A DNA stretch of 64,000 nt, taken from positions 7,814,001 to 7,878,000 of the forward strand of contig NC_087438.1 of NCBI RefSeq assembly GCF_036321535.1, in the 5' to 3' direction. The position numbers and the translations under genes were made by a program. Source of the DNA: Camelus dromedarius (Eukaryota). Shown here one piece after another: positions 13,961 to 25,305 of the stretch (positions are counted from its first letter, which is position 1; each line of letters begins with the position of its first letter). The notes below the pieces were generated by a model. It was given only the letters and a program-made list of their open reading frames with translations. It searched no databases and was not told the DNA's origin.

Positions 13961-14986
13961 CTGCAAAGAGAGGGAAGGCCAACACCTTAGCAGCTGATGC
14001 GGGAACACGCAACGAGCGAACCGCACGGGCGGGCTGTCAGACGTCTGTCCGCGGGAGCCAAGACGCTTGAGTTATCAAGACCTCGTTGTCGGATGGGTTC
14101 AGTGGGTTAGACGTGTATTTAAACATTTTAACTTTATTTCTGCCTTCAACACAGGATAAAGGTTTCAGGGTTGATCGGTTAAGCGCATTTCATTTCTCCG
14201 ATGCCAGCATTCTTGGTCCACGCATTGGAAAGCCATTTGTGTGATGATTATAGTTGATACTTTAAGATACGGAGGTTTGGGACGGGAAGAACTGGTTACT
14301 CACATTAAAAGGAATTTTTTAAAAAAATCCTGGAAAAAGTAGAAAACGATAAAAGGTAGAATCTTGGTGATTTTTTTAAAAAAGAGACTTGTATTTCGGG
14401 GGGCGGGGACAGTGATGAGTTGCCAAAAGTCCTGTCGGTAAGTTGTTGGCTGAGGAGTTCAGAGGAAATGAGTCATAATGTGGGCGGGGCGAGGAGATAA
14501 ATATGACTTTGGAAATCAAGAGTGAAAAGTTTTTAAAATTTGAAATGTATTATACGCAGGGCCATCATTCGATGTCTGCTTTAGAAAGCAAGCAGTTTGG
14601 TTTGGGGCTGGCGGTTGCTGGCCTTGGGAGAACACACCTCACGCTTCCTGCGGAAATGGACCTGCAGTACCAGGCTGAGAGCGCATCCGGGCTCATTTAC
14701 TGGGATGCAGGCAGGCTCAGATTTTCCAGGCACTTGCACACACGCTTTACTCTCTGGTACAGTGCTCCAGGGAAGAGTGTGCACCATAACAGTCAACCAG
14801 TACGAGGGTCTGAGCTGTTGCAATTTCATGTATGATCTAAGAAAATTAAATTCATAACACGAGGTTCTGGATTCTGTGGCAGAGTCCTCCTGGGGACCAG
14901 CAAAGGTGGAGCGAGTCCCCACCCCTCCCCCCAGGTTCCCTCCCCCCTTCCCCCATTGGGACAGGCACCCCAGAGCTGGCTCTCAC

Positions 14987-15061
14987 CTGTGGCAGGCAGG
15001 GAGCCCCCTCTGGCAGTGAACGTAGGGCATACGCCATGCCTGCCACATCCTCAGCCCAGCC
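14987..15061 (-). CDS. CTNND2: CTNND2 alternative cassette exon (75 nt, 25 aa): GWAEDVAGMAYALRSLPEGAPCLPQ
   Basis: Acceptor ttcgtgcag|GGC; strong donor CAG|gtgaga; phase 0-0, no stop, fits between ...GSWK and WSVYI...; I recall the same peptide in the longer rodent delta-catenin isoform. Confidence 0.85.
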
Positions 15062-17046
15062 CTGCACGAAATATGAGATTAAGAAAACACACAACTTCAT
15101 CCCGTCCTACGTATGAAGTCACATTCACATAGTTTCACACCATCAGCTCGCACCATATGCCTTTTCTTCTGCCCCCCACTCGGTGCCTTAAGCTCTACGA
15201 AGCCTGAGGGGGAGGGGAAGCAGAGGGAACTCATGAGAGCATCTCTTGATGGCAATGAACTATTTCACTACCCCAATCTCAGGGAGCAAAGAAAGGGATG
15301 GTCAGAAAGTCTGAGACGTGGAAAGACCTCGAGGTTTGGAAGCTGCTTATTGAAATTCGGCTGTCTCAATGGGACACCATTTTCTGAGGGAGGTAGGGGC
15401 TTCAGGAAGACAGTTCTAAACCTCCGTCACGTCTACTGGAAATTTCACTGGCAACCTGACACGCTGAGACAGGATTTTCATCTACCTCCTCCACTACTTG
15501 TGAACCTCTGGTCTCCAGTGCCCAGAAGAGACTAGACACTTGCGCTCCTGCAGCCCATTCATTGTCGGGGTTCTTCCCTAAATCTAAGGAGGGAAGCTAG
15601 AAAAAGAAGAAAGTGGAAATTGGAGTGTGGGGTCAACGTTCACATACTGTAAGAGGAACATCAGTGATACATTCTCACACTGGGGAACATTCTGGACCTT
15701 TTGAGAGACCAGAGGGGATGTTCTTGGGAACTCGGACAGGCTGAAGCGTGGGCCCAGAGATGACCTCCTTCCTGGAACCGCCTCATCCCAGACCCCAGGT
15801 GCTGGCTTGTACAGCAGTGATCTCTTCTAATTACCAAATTCCTGGGAGAGCAACATTATTATCCTACCGTATAGATGAGGTGTCACCTGTGCCCCGGCCC
15901 CCAGTCCTCTGACCCTGCCTGCTTTCTGTGATGCTGACAAGATCTCCTCCTCTGCCGTCATCTCCTTCTCTCTTGTCTCAACCTCTGTGCTCTGTCTCCC
16001 AGAAACTGCCTTGCCCTCCCCTGCATCCTTCCACACATGGACTGAGGAGAACCTGCCCATGTCTGAAATGAAGCAAGAAGAGTAGGCTTTCGTGTAGGTT
16101 TTCCTCCTTACAAGCCTAGCTATTTTTACCCCTCCATGTTGGATGGAAAGATGATTTGAGGTTTGGAAAATGAGGAGAATCCTGCTTTGCTGAGAACTGA
16201 TTTGAGAGGAACAAAAAATGGCTATGCACGGCCAAAAACACGTAGAAGTTGAAGACACACCTTTCTGGTATGAGTGAATGGCCAACAGTGATGCGTTCTG
16301 CCTGAGCGGAAAGCGAATACCAGATGATGGGTTTGATCTTGTTACTGATGCATCCAGAATAACCTTTATTCTGAAACTTCTAGCTGTGGGTGTTTGTGTG
16401 CGTATGGAAATCCCCAATATGAGCTCAGTATATGACAATTCAGAATAAATTATTTACATTTCATTCAGAAGACGTGGCAAGTTTCCAACGTTTCCTTGAC
16501 ACGCAAGGATATACAAAGTGATGCTTCTCAAGTGGCAGCCGAGCAGTCTTGGAGTCGGTTTCGTGTGACTTACACGTGAACCTGTGCGTAACCCAGCAAC
16601 AAAGAGTAAAAAGCAGCACAGAGGCTGAAAGAGAGAAAAGCACAACCCAGACAAAGGTGTCTGGGAAATGGGGACTGTGTCCAGGTGCACTCAACACAGG
16701 AGTGCGAGGCTCACGTGGAGCTGTTCCCACTGAGACGTGAGTTGCCGTGGAGACCACCGCACCCCCTGGGGAGATCAGCAAAGTCTATGAGTCGCCAAGA
16801 GTTCTGTAACTGAAACAAAAGTAGAAGTACTTCTGGCATAAAAGTAGATGAAGAAGAGAGAAAAGCGTACCTGAACTCATCGTGCTTGAGGTGGAAATCT
16901 TTGGACACAACTTGACTTTGTGCAAATGGAATGAGAGCACTGTGTACTGAGCCCACCAGTGAGGAGGGAAGGGACAAGCGGGTATGGACCAGGATGGCTT
17001 TAAGAAGAAAGGTCCATGAGCTGAAGATAGGATGCTTCATAATTCA

Positions 17047-17160
17047 GAAGGAGGAGAAGGAAGAGAAGGAAGAGGAATAGAAGTGGGGGAGGAGGATGAC
17101 AAAGAAGAGACGGAAGAGGAGGAGGAGGAAGGGGAGGAGGAGGATCTGGTCCAGGAGGAA
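17047..17160. repeat. Purine-rich (GGA/GAA) low-complexity tract
   Basis: gaaggaggagaaggaagagaaggaagagga...ggaggaggaggaaggggaggaggagga. Confidence 0.85.
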
Positions 17161-17279
17161 ACAGTACAGAAACATAACTCAAATTGTTCCTGGTGAGATG
17201 TTTTCCCAGTGAGGACCTCAGGAGAGTTAAGAGACCTCAAAATAACCTCAGCTAAAATACACCTAACACTTCAAGCAAA

Positions 17280-17480
17280 TGTCAGGTGCTGCTCTAATTT
17301 CACTATCTGTTCTAACTCATTTAGTCCGTGTCTCAGTCCTATTGAGGGGCACTACTGTTACTCCCATTTTACAGATGAGAAAAGGGAGGTGCACTAAGGT
17401 TGCACAGCCTGCAGACACTTAACCAGACCTTGAACCCAGGGAGCAGTGTCTCAGAGTTGGTGTGGTCGGCCATTATTCTC
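17280..17480 (-). mobile_element. MIR SINE
   Basis: Core cccattttacagatgagaaaagggagg ... cttgaacccagg. Confidence 0.75.
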
Positions 17481-18879
17481 ATATGCCTCTCAGAAAGGCA
17501 GTGTAAGCTATGACAATCTCCACTCACAGTGGATCTAAGCCCTTACAAATTCACCAGTTCATCTGGGTGTAACAATTCATGCGTTTAGTCTTCCAGTAAG
17601 CCCTTCCTCTAGCCTCCTGAGTTAAAGACCTTTCTAGTTCTGGACATTTCAATTTGGTCTTGGGAATAATTTGTCAGGACGTAGTAGACCTGAGGTAAGA
17701 AGTCTGGAAAGGATGGCTTCTATTTGCATGTGATGAGACAACAATTCAAGACAATAAATGCTATTCCTTTTCCTCCTTGTCCATGGCTCTTCCTGGAGAG
17801 AGGCTCCAGCACTTCCAAGGAAGGGATGTCAGGATGGGACAGATAAGAAAGCAGCAGACGTTCAGTGTTTAGGGCTGGAAGGTACAGACGCAGGTGAAAG
17901 ACGGGAGATACTGGAAAGGGGATGAGAACAGACAGAAGACAATATGCCTCCTCCTCTGAGTCCACACAGAGCCTCCAAGCAGGGGAGAGAAGCGATCCAG
18001 GCTGGAGAAGAAGCAGGAGATGTGTGAGCATGTGGGGGGCTGCCACCTGAAGTGCCCCTGCACACGTCCTCCTCTGTGTGTGAAGGGATGATGATAGAAA
18101 TCCCCCTGGAAGATAGAAGAGCAGAGAGTTGACAGAAGCTCCACTGCCCTCCCTGGACACCAGCACTGGCTGCGCAAGACTCAGAAGTGCCCTGCACCGT
18201 CATGGAGTGGGGGCCACACGGTGGGAAGTCATGGCAACACGACTTGCTGGGCAGAAGAGGATTCCTGTGGCCCCAGTGTGGCACGGGGTAGCCCCTGAGT
18301 GTTTCTGTGGTCTTGAGTGTGTGGGCTGTGTGAGTTAGCCAGGAAAAAGGCTAAGGACCCGGAGTGGCAGGAGGGTTCATTGGCCAGGTAGTTGGGACCC
18401 ATCAGAATGGCAAGTGTGGACCATGCCTGCCCAGGTTAAGGAGAGGATGTGGCTGTATCTCACCAGAGCTCAACAGTGAGGAAGGCAAGTGTAGATCAGG
18501 AGAGCACCTTGGACCAGAAATGGTCCAATCACCAATTGCCCTATTCCAGATGGGAACCCAGTGGGATGAGGAGGCTTGTCCTGGGCAAGAGGCAGCAGAG
18601 GAGAGAAATGATTCCAGACAGAAATGAACTCCCAGTCTCCATCCCCTGCAGGGATGTGCCTGTAAGACGGCCAAGTTTAGCACCGACCATCGGGGGCAGG
18701 AGAAGATGATGGCTGACCAATATAAATGTGGCCAACTTTTAAGCCTTGAGGGACTGGGAAATAGCTGAATTTGTCTGAGTTCGCTGGGAAGTGTTTATAT
18801 GATTTTTTTTCTTCTTTTTCTTTTTTGCATCAGGCAAAACAAGGGCTCCAAGATGACTTTCAACAGAGGATATTTCTGG

Positions 18880-19125
18880 TTATGGATCTGCTCTGTTTTC
18901 TGCTTCCTGCTGGTGAGTGATGACTAGCTTTGGAAGTCACATCTTGAAGATGGCAGAACAGTTGTTAGCCTGGGTGAATTAAGTCATGGAGGGGAGCTTC
19001 CTTCCTCACACACCTGATATAGTTATCTGCTGTATCAGAGGAAATAGCTTCTACCTCCCATCTCCTTTGAGCCCTTGCGTATTTGGGGGTCTTTTTGTTG
19101 TAGCAGCTAGCATTCCTCTAAATAA
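18880..19125 (+). mobile_element. Ancient ERVL-class LTR remnant (LTR33/LTR16-like)
   Basis: gaagtcacatcttgaagatggcagaa...agcctggg...tttgggggtctttttgttgtagcagctagc. Confidence 0.5.
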
Positions 19126-20029
19126 TGAGATATGTTAGTGCGTTAAAGTGAACTCTGATCATTGACTCCCAGAAGTAAGGTTTTAACTAGTGATCTTGGA
19201 AGTAGGCTTCCTCATCCCTAATCTCTTCCTTGTAAAAGTGCCCCCTAGGACACCTTTGTGCCTTGTGTGTGTATATATATATATATATATATTCTCATGT
19301 ATATACTCCTAGTATAGCATTTATTGTGTTTTTTTTTATTTTTTATTTACATGTTTATTATACTGGAAGGTACCTGAGGGCAGTTACCAACTCATATTCA
19401 TCTCTATGTCAACTGTCTTCTAATTTCTGGCTCACAGCTGGAGATTAAAAACGCTTAACTGGTGAAAGAAAATGTCAGGTTGGTTTCTAGTACCAAGTGC
19501 ATATTATTTAAGAACAACGTTCGCCACTGAAAGAAACGATATATAAAGGATCAAAGCCACTGCAATGAAAGATAGGACCAGCAAATTCTAACCACTTCCA
19601 CAAAAGTGCAGTCAGGGTCTGAAGTGGCCACACATTTCTTTGGTCATTTTTCCATAGCCAAACTCATCCCTTAATTCTGTGGTCCCTGTGTGTTGGGACA
19701 GAACCTTTGTGCAGGGCTTATGAGTATTTGCTTGTCTTCAGGGCTGGAAGAACAGAATACTGAGTGGCATGTCCTGGGCCACCACAGCTCTGATCATGTT
19801 GGGACAATTAAACTGAAGTTTCGATGTCAGAATTTCTCTGTGACCTACTGCTCAGGTAATTAACCGTGCTAGTTTCCAGGCTAGCCCACGTCTTAAACTG
19901 GGCTCAGAAAGGACTTTTTTTCTACAGATAGTTTTACAGCTGTTCTAGGTATCCTGGAGAGAATCCTGTAAAACAGGTTGTACTGCTAGACACCACAGCA
20001 AAGTCAACTTTATACATGATTGGGTCCAA

Positions 20030-21567
20030 CAGGTTTAAAGATGCTGCCTCATTGTCTTCTCACTGGCATTGTTGCTGCTGAAAAATCAGCTGTCATCCTT
20101 AACTTTATATGGAACTTGTCTTTCTTCTCTGGTTGTTTTTAAGATTTTCTCTTTATTACTAATTTTGAGCTATTTGATTGTGCAGCACTTTGGTGTAGTT
20201 TCTTCATATTTCTTTTGCTTGGGGTTCCTTGAGCTGCTTGGATCTGTGAGTTTGCAGTTTTCATTAAACTTGAAAAATCTGAAACCATTTGGAAAATTTT
20301 CAACCATTATTTCTTCAAATATGTTTTTTTTTTCCTTGTTATCTTTCTCTTTTCTCTCTCCTCTCCTTTGGGGATTCTAATTGTACATGTATCAGGCCAC
20401 TTGGGGGTCACTGATGATCTGCAGTTTTTTCCTTCCTTTTTTTAAAAAAATCTCTCTGAGTTTCATTTTGTATAGTTTCCATTGCCACCTTTAAATTCAT
20501 TAATCTTTTCTTCAGCAATGTCTACCCTGCTGTTAATCCCATTCCATATGTTTTTCATTTGACATTTTATTTTCAAATCTAGAAATTTTATTTGTTTTTA
20601 AGTATATTTTCCACGTTTCTAATGAACTTTTTGAACACATGGAATACAGTTACAATAACTGCTTGTCTTCCCTCTTTGTTGATTCTGAATTGGTTTTGAA
20701 TGATTGATTTTTCTCATGAATCACATTTTCCTGTGCATTTGCTTGTAGGATTATTTCAATTGGATGCCAGACATTCTTCATTTTAATGCATAGAGTGATG
20801 GGTATTTTCATATCCCTATAGGTATTTTTAAATTTTGTTCAAGGATGCAGTTAATTTACTTGGAAACTGTTGATCCTTCTGGGTCTTACTTTTAAGACTG
20901 GATAGGAAAGATTAGTGCATATTTATTCCAGGGCTAATTACACCTCAGTGCTGAGGCAAGACCCTGCTGAGTACTCTACCCAGTGATCCATGAATGATGA
21001 AGTTTTCCTATCTGGCTCTTGGGAATGTACACTATGCCCATCCCTGTGTGAGTGCCAAGTTTCATTTAGTCTAATAATTTTGGGAGGTTTTTTTTTTGGC
21101 CTTGAGTATTTCCTTCACATGCAAGCAGTGAGAGTTCTCTGGGGAGTATTTGAGGGGGATCTACTGCAGATTTCTAAGGTTCTGTGTGTGGCTTTCTGCT
21201 CTTTGAAGCTCTGTCCTGTGAGCTTTAATCACCTTGGTCTCCCCAGATTCCCAGGTCCATCTCCTTAGCTCAGAGAGGTTTTTTTTTTTTTTAAAAAAGA
21301 ACCTCCTGGGTTCCTAATCCTGGGTTTTTAGGAACCTCCTGGGTTCCTAATCCTTGTGCCGTGGTCTGGAAACTCTCAAGGCAGTGAGCTGGGACAGTCA
21401 TAGAGCTCACCATGCTTATTTCCTGTTTCTCAGAAATCACTGTTCTTCTTTGAATAATGCTTAGTGTTTTAAAAACCATTGTTTCGTGTATTTCTCGGGT
21501 GTGTTGCTGCTGTTGTCATTGCTACTTAAAGGGTCCTGGTACTCCGTCTTGGCTGGAAGTGGACATC
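20030..21567 (-). mobile_element. Ancient L1 (L1MC/ME-like) 5'UTR-ORF1 fragment
   Basis: T-rich antisense ORF1 (tttaagattttctcttt, tttggaaaattttcaaccattatttcttcaaata), ending in tactccgtcttggctggaagtgga. Confidence 0.75.
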
Positions 21568-24500
21568 CCTCAGGTTTAGCTGTTTCTACAATTTCAGAAT
21601 ATAATTCTGTAACTTAGGGCTCTGTTATGCAATGACAATGATGGAAATAATGCCAAACTATCCAAAAATGGGCTTACTCTCATGTCAGTTTGGGTGCACA
21701 TGACAGTTGTAAGGCAGGGGCAGCCCTAGCTATCAGTCCTGCTTATTAGGGTCTTACAGGAACCACTGAGTATTGTGTGATTAGAACCAGTGACCTGGTT
21801 GTGACCTGCTCCTCTCCACCTCCTCCTGAGGCCAGGCCCATCCTCGCCTGGTCTCAGGCTGGTCATCATGTCCGACAGAGTGTACTGACTCCAGGAGCCT
21901 GCTGATCGGGCAGAGTCCTCAGATAACCTCTGCGTTTATTCTGGCCCAATTTCTACCCCATTAGGCGTGCTGCTTCATGTCTTATTTTCATCATCATCTT
22001 TCAAAACTTTGTTTCTTTGCCTTTAAAACTTATGCTTTATATCACACTGTTAACTAGGACAGAGATCTTTGTCTCAGATGTTAAAACATGATTTTTACTT
22101 TTATTTGCTTCATTCCACTAATCTGCCCTGGTCCATTTTTACACGCTACACTAATTGCTAACCTACACTAAATTCAATGCCCTTCTCAAGGCTGTTGTCC
22201 CTGTCCCTGGGGGCAAGTCTCAGATTTCCCAGTTCTCTTATTTTTTATTCACTGGGGCCACATGGCCAGAGATTCTGTTTCTGTCTTCACTAAATTTATA
22301 TTGCTATCATGTTGCTTCATTAAATATTAACAGATTAATATCCAAGTATCTCTTTACTCTATCTCACTCTAACATAAATGGGTAAATAATAGACTCTCTG
22401 AGAACAGTCACACTTTAGGGAGAAAACTGACTATACAAAGATACTTAAAATGATGGCTTAATAGCAAGTATAGATTTATTTCTAAGATAGTTCAAATCCT
22501 GGGTTTTCACACGTTCAATTACAATAAAAATAACCCATAAATGGGAGTTGAAAGGGCATTCATTTCCATTTTGGAAATTTTCAAACTGCTATATCCAACT
22601 GTTTTAATATTCTGTGACTAACAAAATCATTGTACTGTTAATGAGAAAAAGGTAACTGAAGTCCATGTTAGCTATGAAAAACATTTCACTTTGCTTCTCC
22701 CATTATGTTTTCTGATGCTCATAAACCAAGTAATGAGTGTTTTAAAGTTTAAAAAGTGTTTAGGGCCATTATGATGATCTAGTTTGCTAGTCAATTTGTC
22801 ACAGAATAAGAGTGTGCATGATCTTCTCATAAAGAGAAGTTATTGTTTGAAATGATGAGGTCTATAAAAAGCTCTCTCCATGCAAAATTCTGGTGTTTTA
22901 CCTTCACATTTCTGCTTTTGTTTGGGTCATAAAAGTTAAGGACACTTAAAAATGCCACTAAATTTCAACAGTTGCTATAAAAACACATTCTTCGGACTCT
23001 AGCTTTCAGATGATGACACTGTTCTCATGAAATTCGATGCCGCTATGTGTCCTAAGTAAATCTTTTGATTACTTTTTTTTCCTTAAATCATGGTTTTTTA
23101 GAGTAAGGATTTCTTTGCTTGGTTTTGGTACAAGTTATTTGCAATGTTTAAAAAAATTATAACTATTTATCAGTGTTTGGCTTAATGACATTCCTTTCAA
23201 AACTCATTCCTATAGATTATCTATCTTCCCTTCCCACATGTTCTGTTACCTTTTAATATGGTAGTTAATAAATTTTACAAAAGATGATGATAATGTGATT
23301 GGCCTTTATGCATGCTTGTGCATTTGTGTTTTGATAAGAAAACTCTTACATAAGTATATATATTTATAACTATGCACAAATATGCCGTAACAGCTCTCTG
23401 CCCTGCCTGAGGGCAATTCCTTTTGTCTAGAGTTATCAGGAAAGCCAGTGCTTCTTGTAAATAAGGTTGACATCCTGCGAGTCAAAATTCTACTGTAACT
23501 ATTGGGACAAAAGTCTTTCTAAAATGCTTTCTGTCTTCTGAAATTACTAGTAATAATTTAGTATTTTCTTGATGACAGAAGGTTAGCATTATGAGCGTCA
23601 GTTATTAGAACATACGAAATAGCCGAAACACTGAATGGCCTCCAATATCTTTTCTTTCTCGCATCCCTGTATCTCCTTTCTCCGACTCTTCTATCTTTTC
23701 ACTTTGCCATCTATTCTCCCTTCTTATGGCAGATCTGTGGGCCTGCCTACAAGAGTAACTCCTTGCATTCTGTAATTTGTTGCCCGAAATTCGACGTGGA
23801 CTGGGAAATCTGATGGTTACGCTTTGTCTAGAATACAGAAGAGCTTTTGTGATGTTGATGTCAGCCACTGCAGACCTTCTGCCTCTTTCACAGTAGTCTC
23901 TACTCTATTAGTAGTAGAAAAATTTACCAAATCAATGTTTCTAGATATATGGGGGTGATTATACACTGAGGATAACTGTGCTGAACTAATGTTCAGTTTT
24001 CTGCACTGAAAACAGTCAGCAAGATGTTACTGCTAGAAAATACTGAGAATTTTTAATCAGACTTCTTCCATAATAACCCAAAACAAGAGAGAATTTTTGA
24101 ATATCAAAATAGTATAAATCAGTATAAAATAGTATAAATTATAAATTCATTGTTGAATTACTCCAAACCCCTAAGGACCCAGACATATCTCAGCAGCTCT
24201 CCCAGCTGACCTGGTTACCTTGACACAAAGCCTGTGTCTTTAATGACTAATATGAAGAGAAAGTTCGACTTTGCAGAACTGTAGAACTGGGCAAGGTCAT
24301 CAAAATCTGCAGTGTGCAAAGCATTGATGAGTCTGGAAACTGAAAAGGAAACAGATCTCCCACAACGCCTTTCTATCAATTTTATCTTCTGTTGACTACA
24401 TATTCCAATCTGAGTCAGAGCCAAATAAAGAATCATAAAACATGACCATTGGAATATGGCCTGGTCATAACAAGCACTATAAATTGCTTAATGACAGATA

Positions 24501-24569
24501 GATCATATAGATATAAAAGACTGTTATCTGCAAGAGAGGCCCCTGGACATAGACACTACCAGTTCAGTG

Positions 24570-24695
24570 TTCATGGTTCATAGTTAAATGCTCTTATTTG
24601 AGCACTATTGCTCAGCCAAGCATAGTGCTGAGCAGTGGCGTACAAAGAAATAAATGGAACTTGGTTTCTGCCCTCAGAGGCCTTACAGTGCAGAT
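24570..24695 (-). mobile_element. L2 3' fragment
   Basis: ttatttgagcactattg...ccaagcatagtgct...ctgccctcagaggccttacagt. Confidence 0.6.
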
Positions 24696-24799
24696 TCTTT
24701 TTACATTCCTAGTGACTCAACAAGAATTCACATGAATAAGTGAATAATTGTGACACTGATCCTTGAATGTGGTATTGAGATGTGATGCACACTTGATAC

Positions 24800-25305
24800 A
24801 TACATGTCTTCTTTCTTTGGTTGCTTTTGAGATTTTTCTCTTTACTACTGATGTTGAGGAATTTGATTATAATGTACCTTGGTATAATTTTTTTCATGTT
24901 TCTGGTACAGAGTTTCTTGAGTTGCTTAGATGTGTCAGTTTGTGGTTTTCATCACATTTGGAAAGTTTTCAACCATTATTTCTTGAAATAGGTTTTTCTC
25001 ATCTCTTCCTCCTTTTTCTCTTGTCTTGTTTGGGGACTCCATTTACACACACAACAGGCCACCTGAAGCTCAATGATGCACTGTTACTTTTTTTTTTCTT
25101 TTTTTCTCTGTGTTTCATTTTGTATAGTTTCCAGCTGCTGTCTTTCAGTTCACTAATCTTTTCTTTCGTGATGTCTAATCTGTTAATCCCATTCCTTGGG
25201 GGTATTTTTCATTTCAGACATTGTATTTTAAACTCTAGAATTTTTACTTGTGTCTTTATAAATTTTCCATGTTTCTAATTATCTTTTTGAAGATATGGAA
25301 TATAG
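24800..25305 (-). mobile_element. Ancient L1 ORF1 fragment related to the 20.1-20.65 kb copy
   Basis: Shares tttggaaagttttcaaccattatttctt and tttcattttgtatagtttcca; ORF 24709..24897 gives IPRYIIIKFLN..KEKNLK, an L1 ORF1 motif. Confidence 0.75.

Noticed and set aside
13961..13995. In-frame CAG 33 nt upstream of exon 16 (would add [11 protein letters not shown])
   Set aside because: Lies upstream of the likely branch point (gctaag) with a poor pyrimidine tract; no support for use.
15827..16438. 203-aa minus-strand ORF, the longest in the track
   Set aside because: No recognisable domain, no clear splice context or coding-like composition; consistent with a chance ORF in an intron.
21600..24500. 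Long stretch without obvious repeats, checked for a retrogene or nested gene
   Set aside because: The short ORFs show no recognisable homology, poly(A) tail or TSD; I cannot support any feature there without a database search.
24763..25278. 171-aa hydrophobic ORF resembling a membrane protein
   Set aside because: It is the T-rich antisense strand of an old L1 ORF1; Phe/Leu richness is compositional.
20100..25305. Similar sequences at about 20.1-20.65 kb and 24.8-25.3 kb suggesting a local duplication
   Set aside because: Both are diverged pieces of the same L1 ORF1 region with unrelated flanks; independent insertions explain it.
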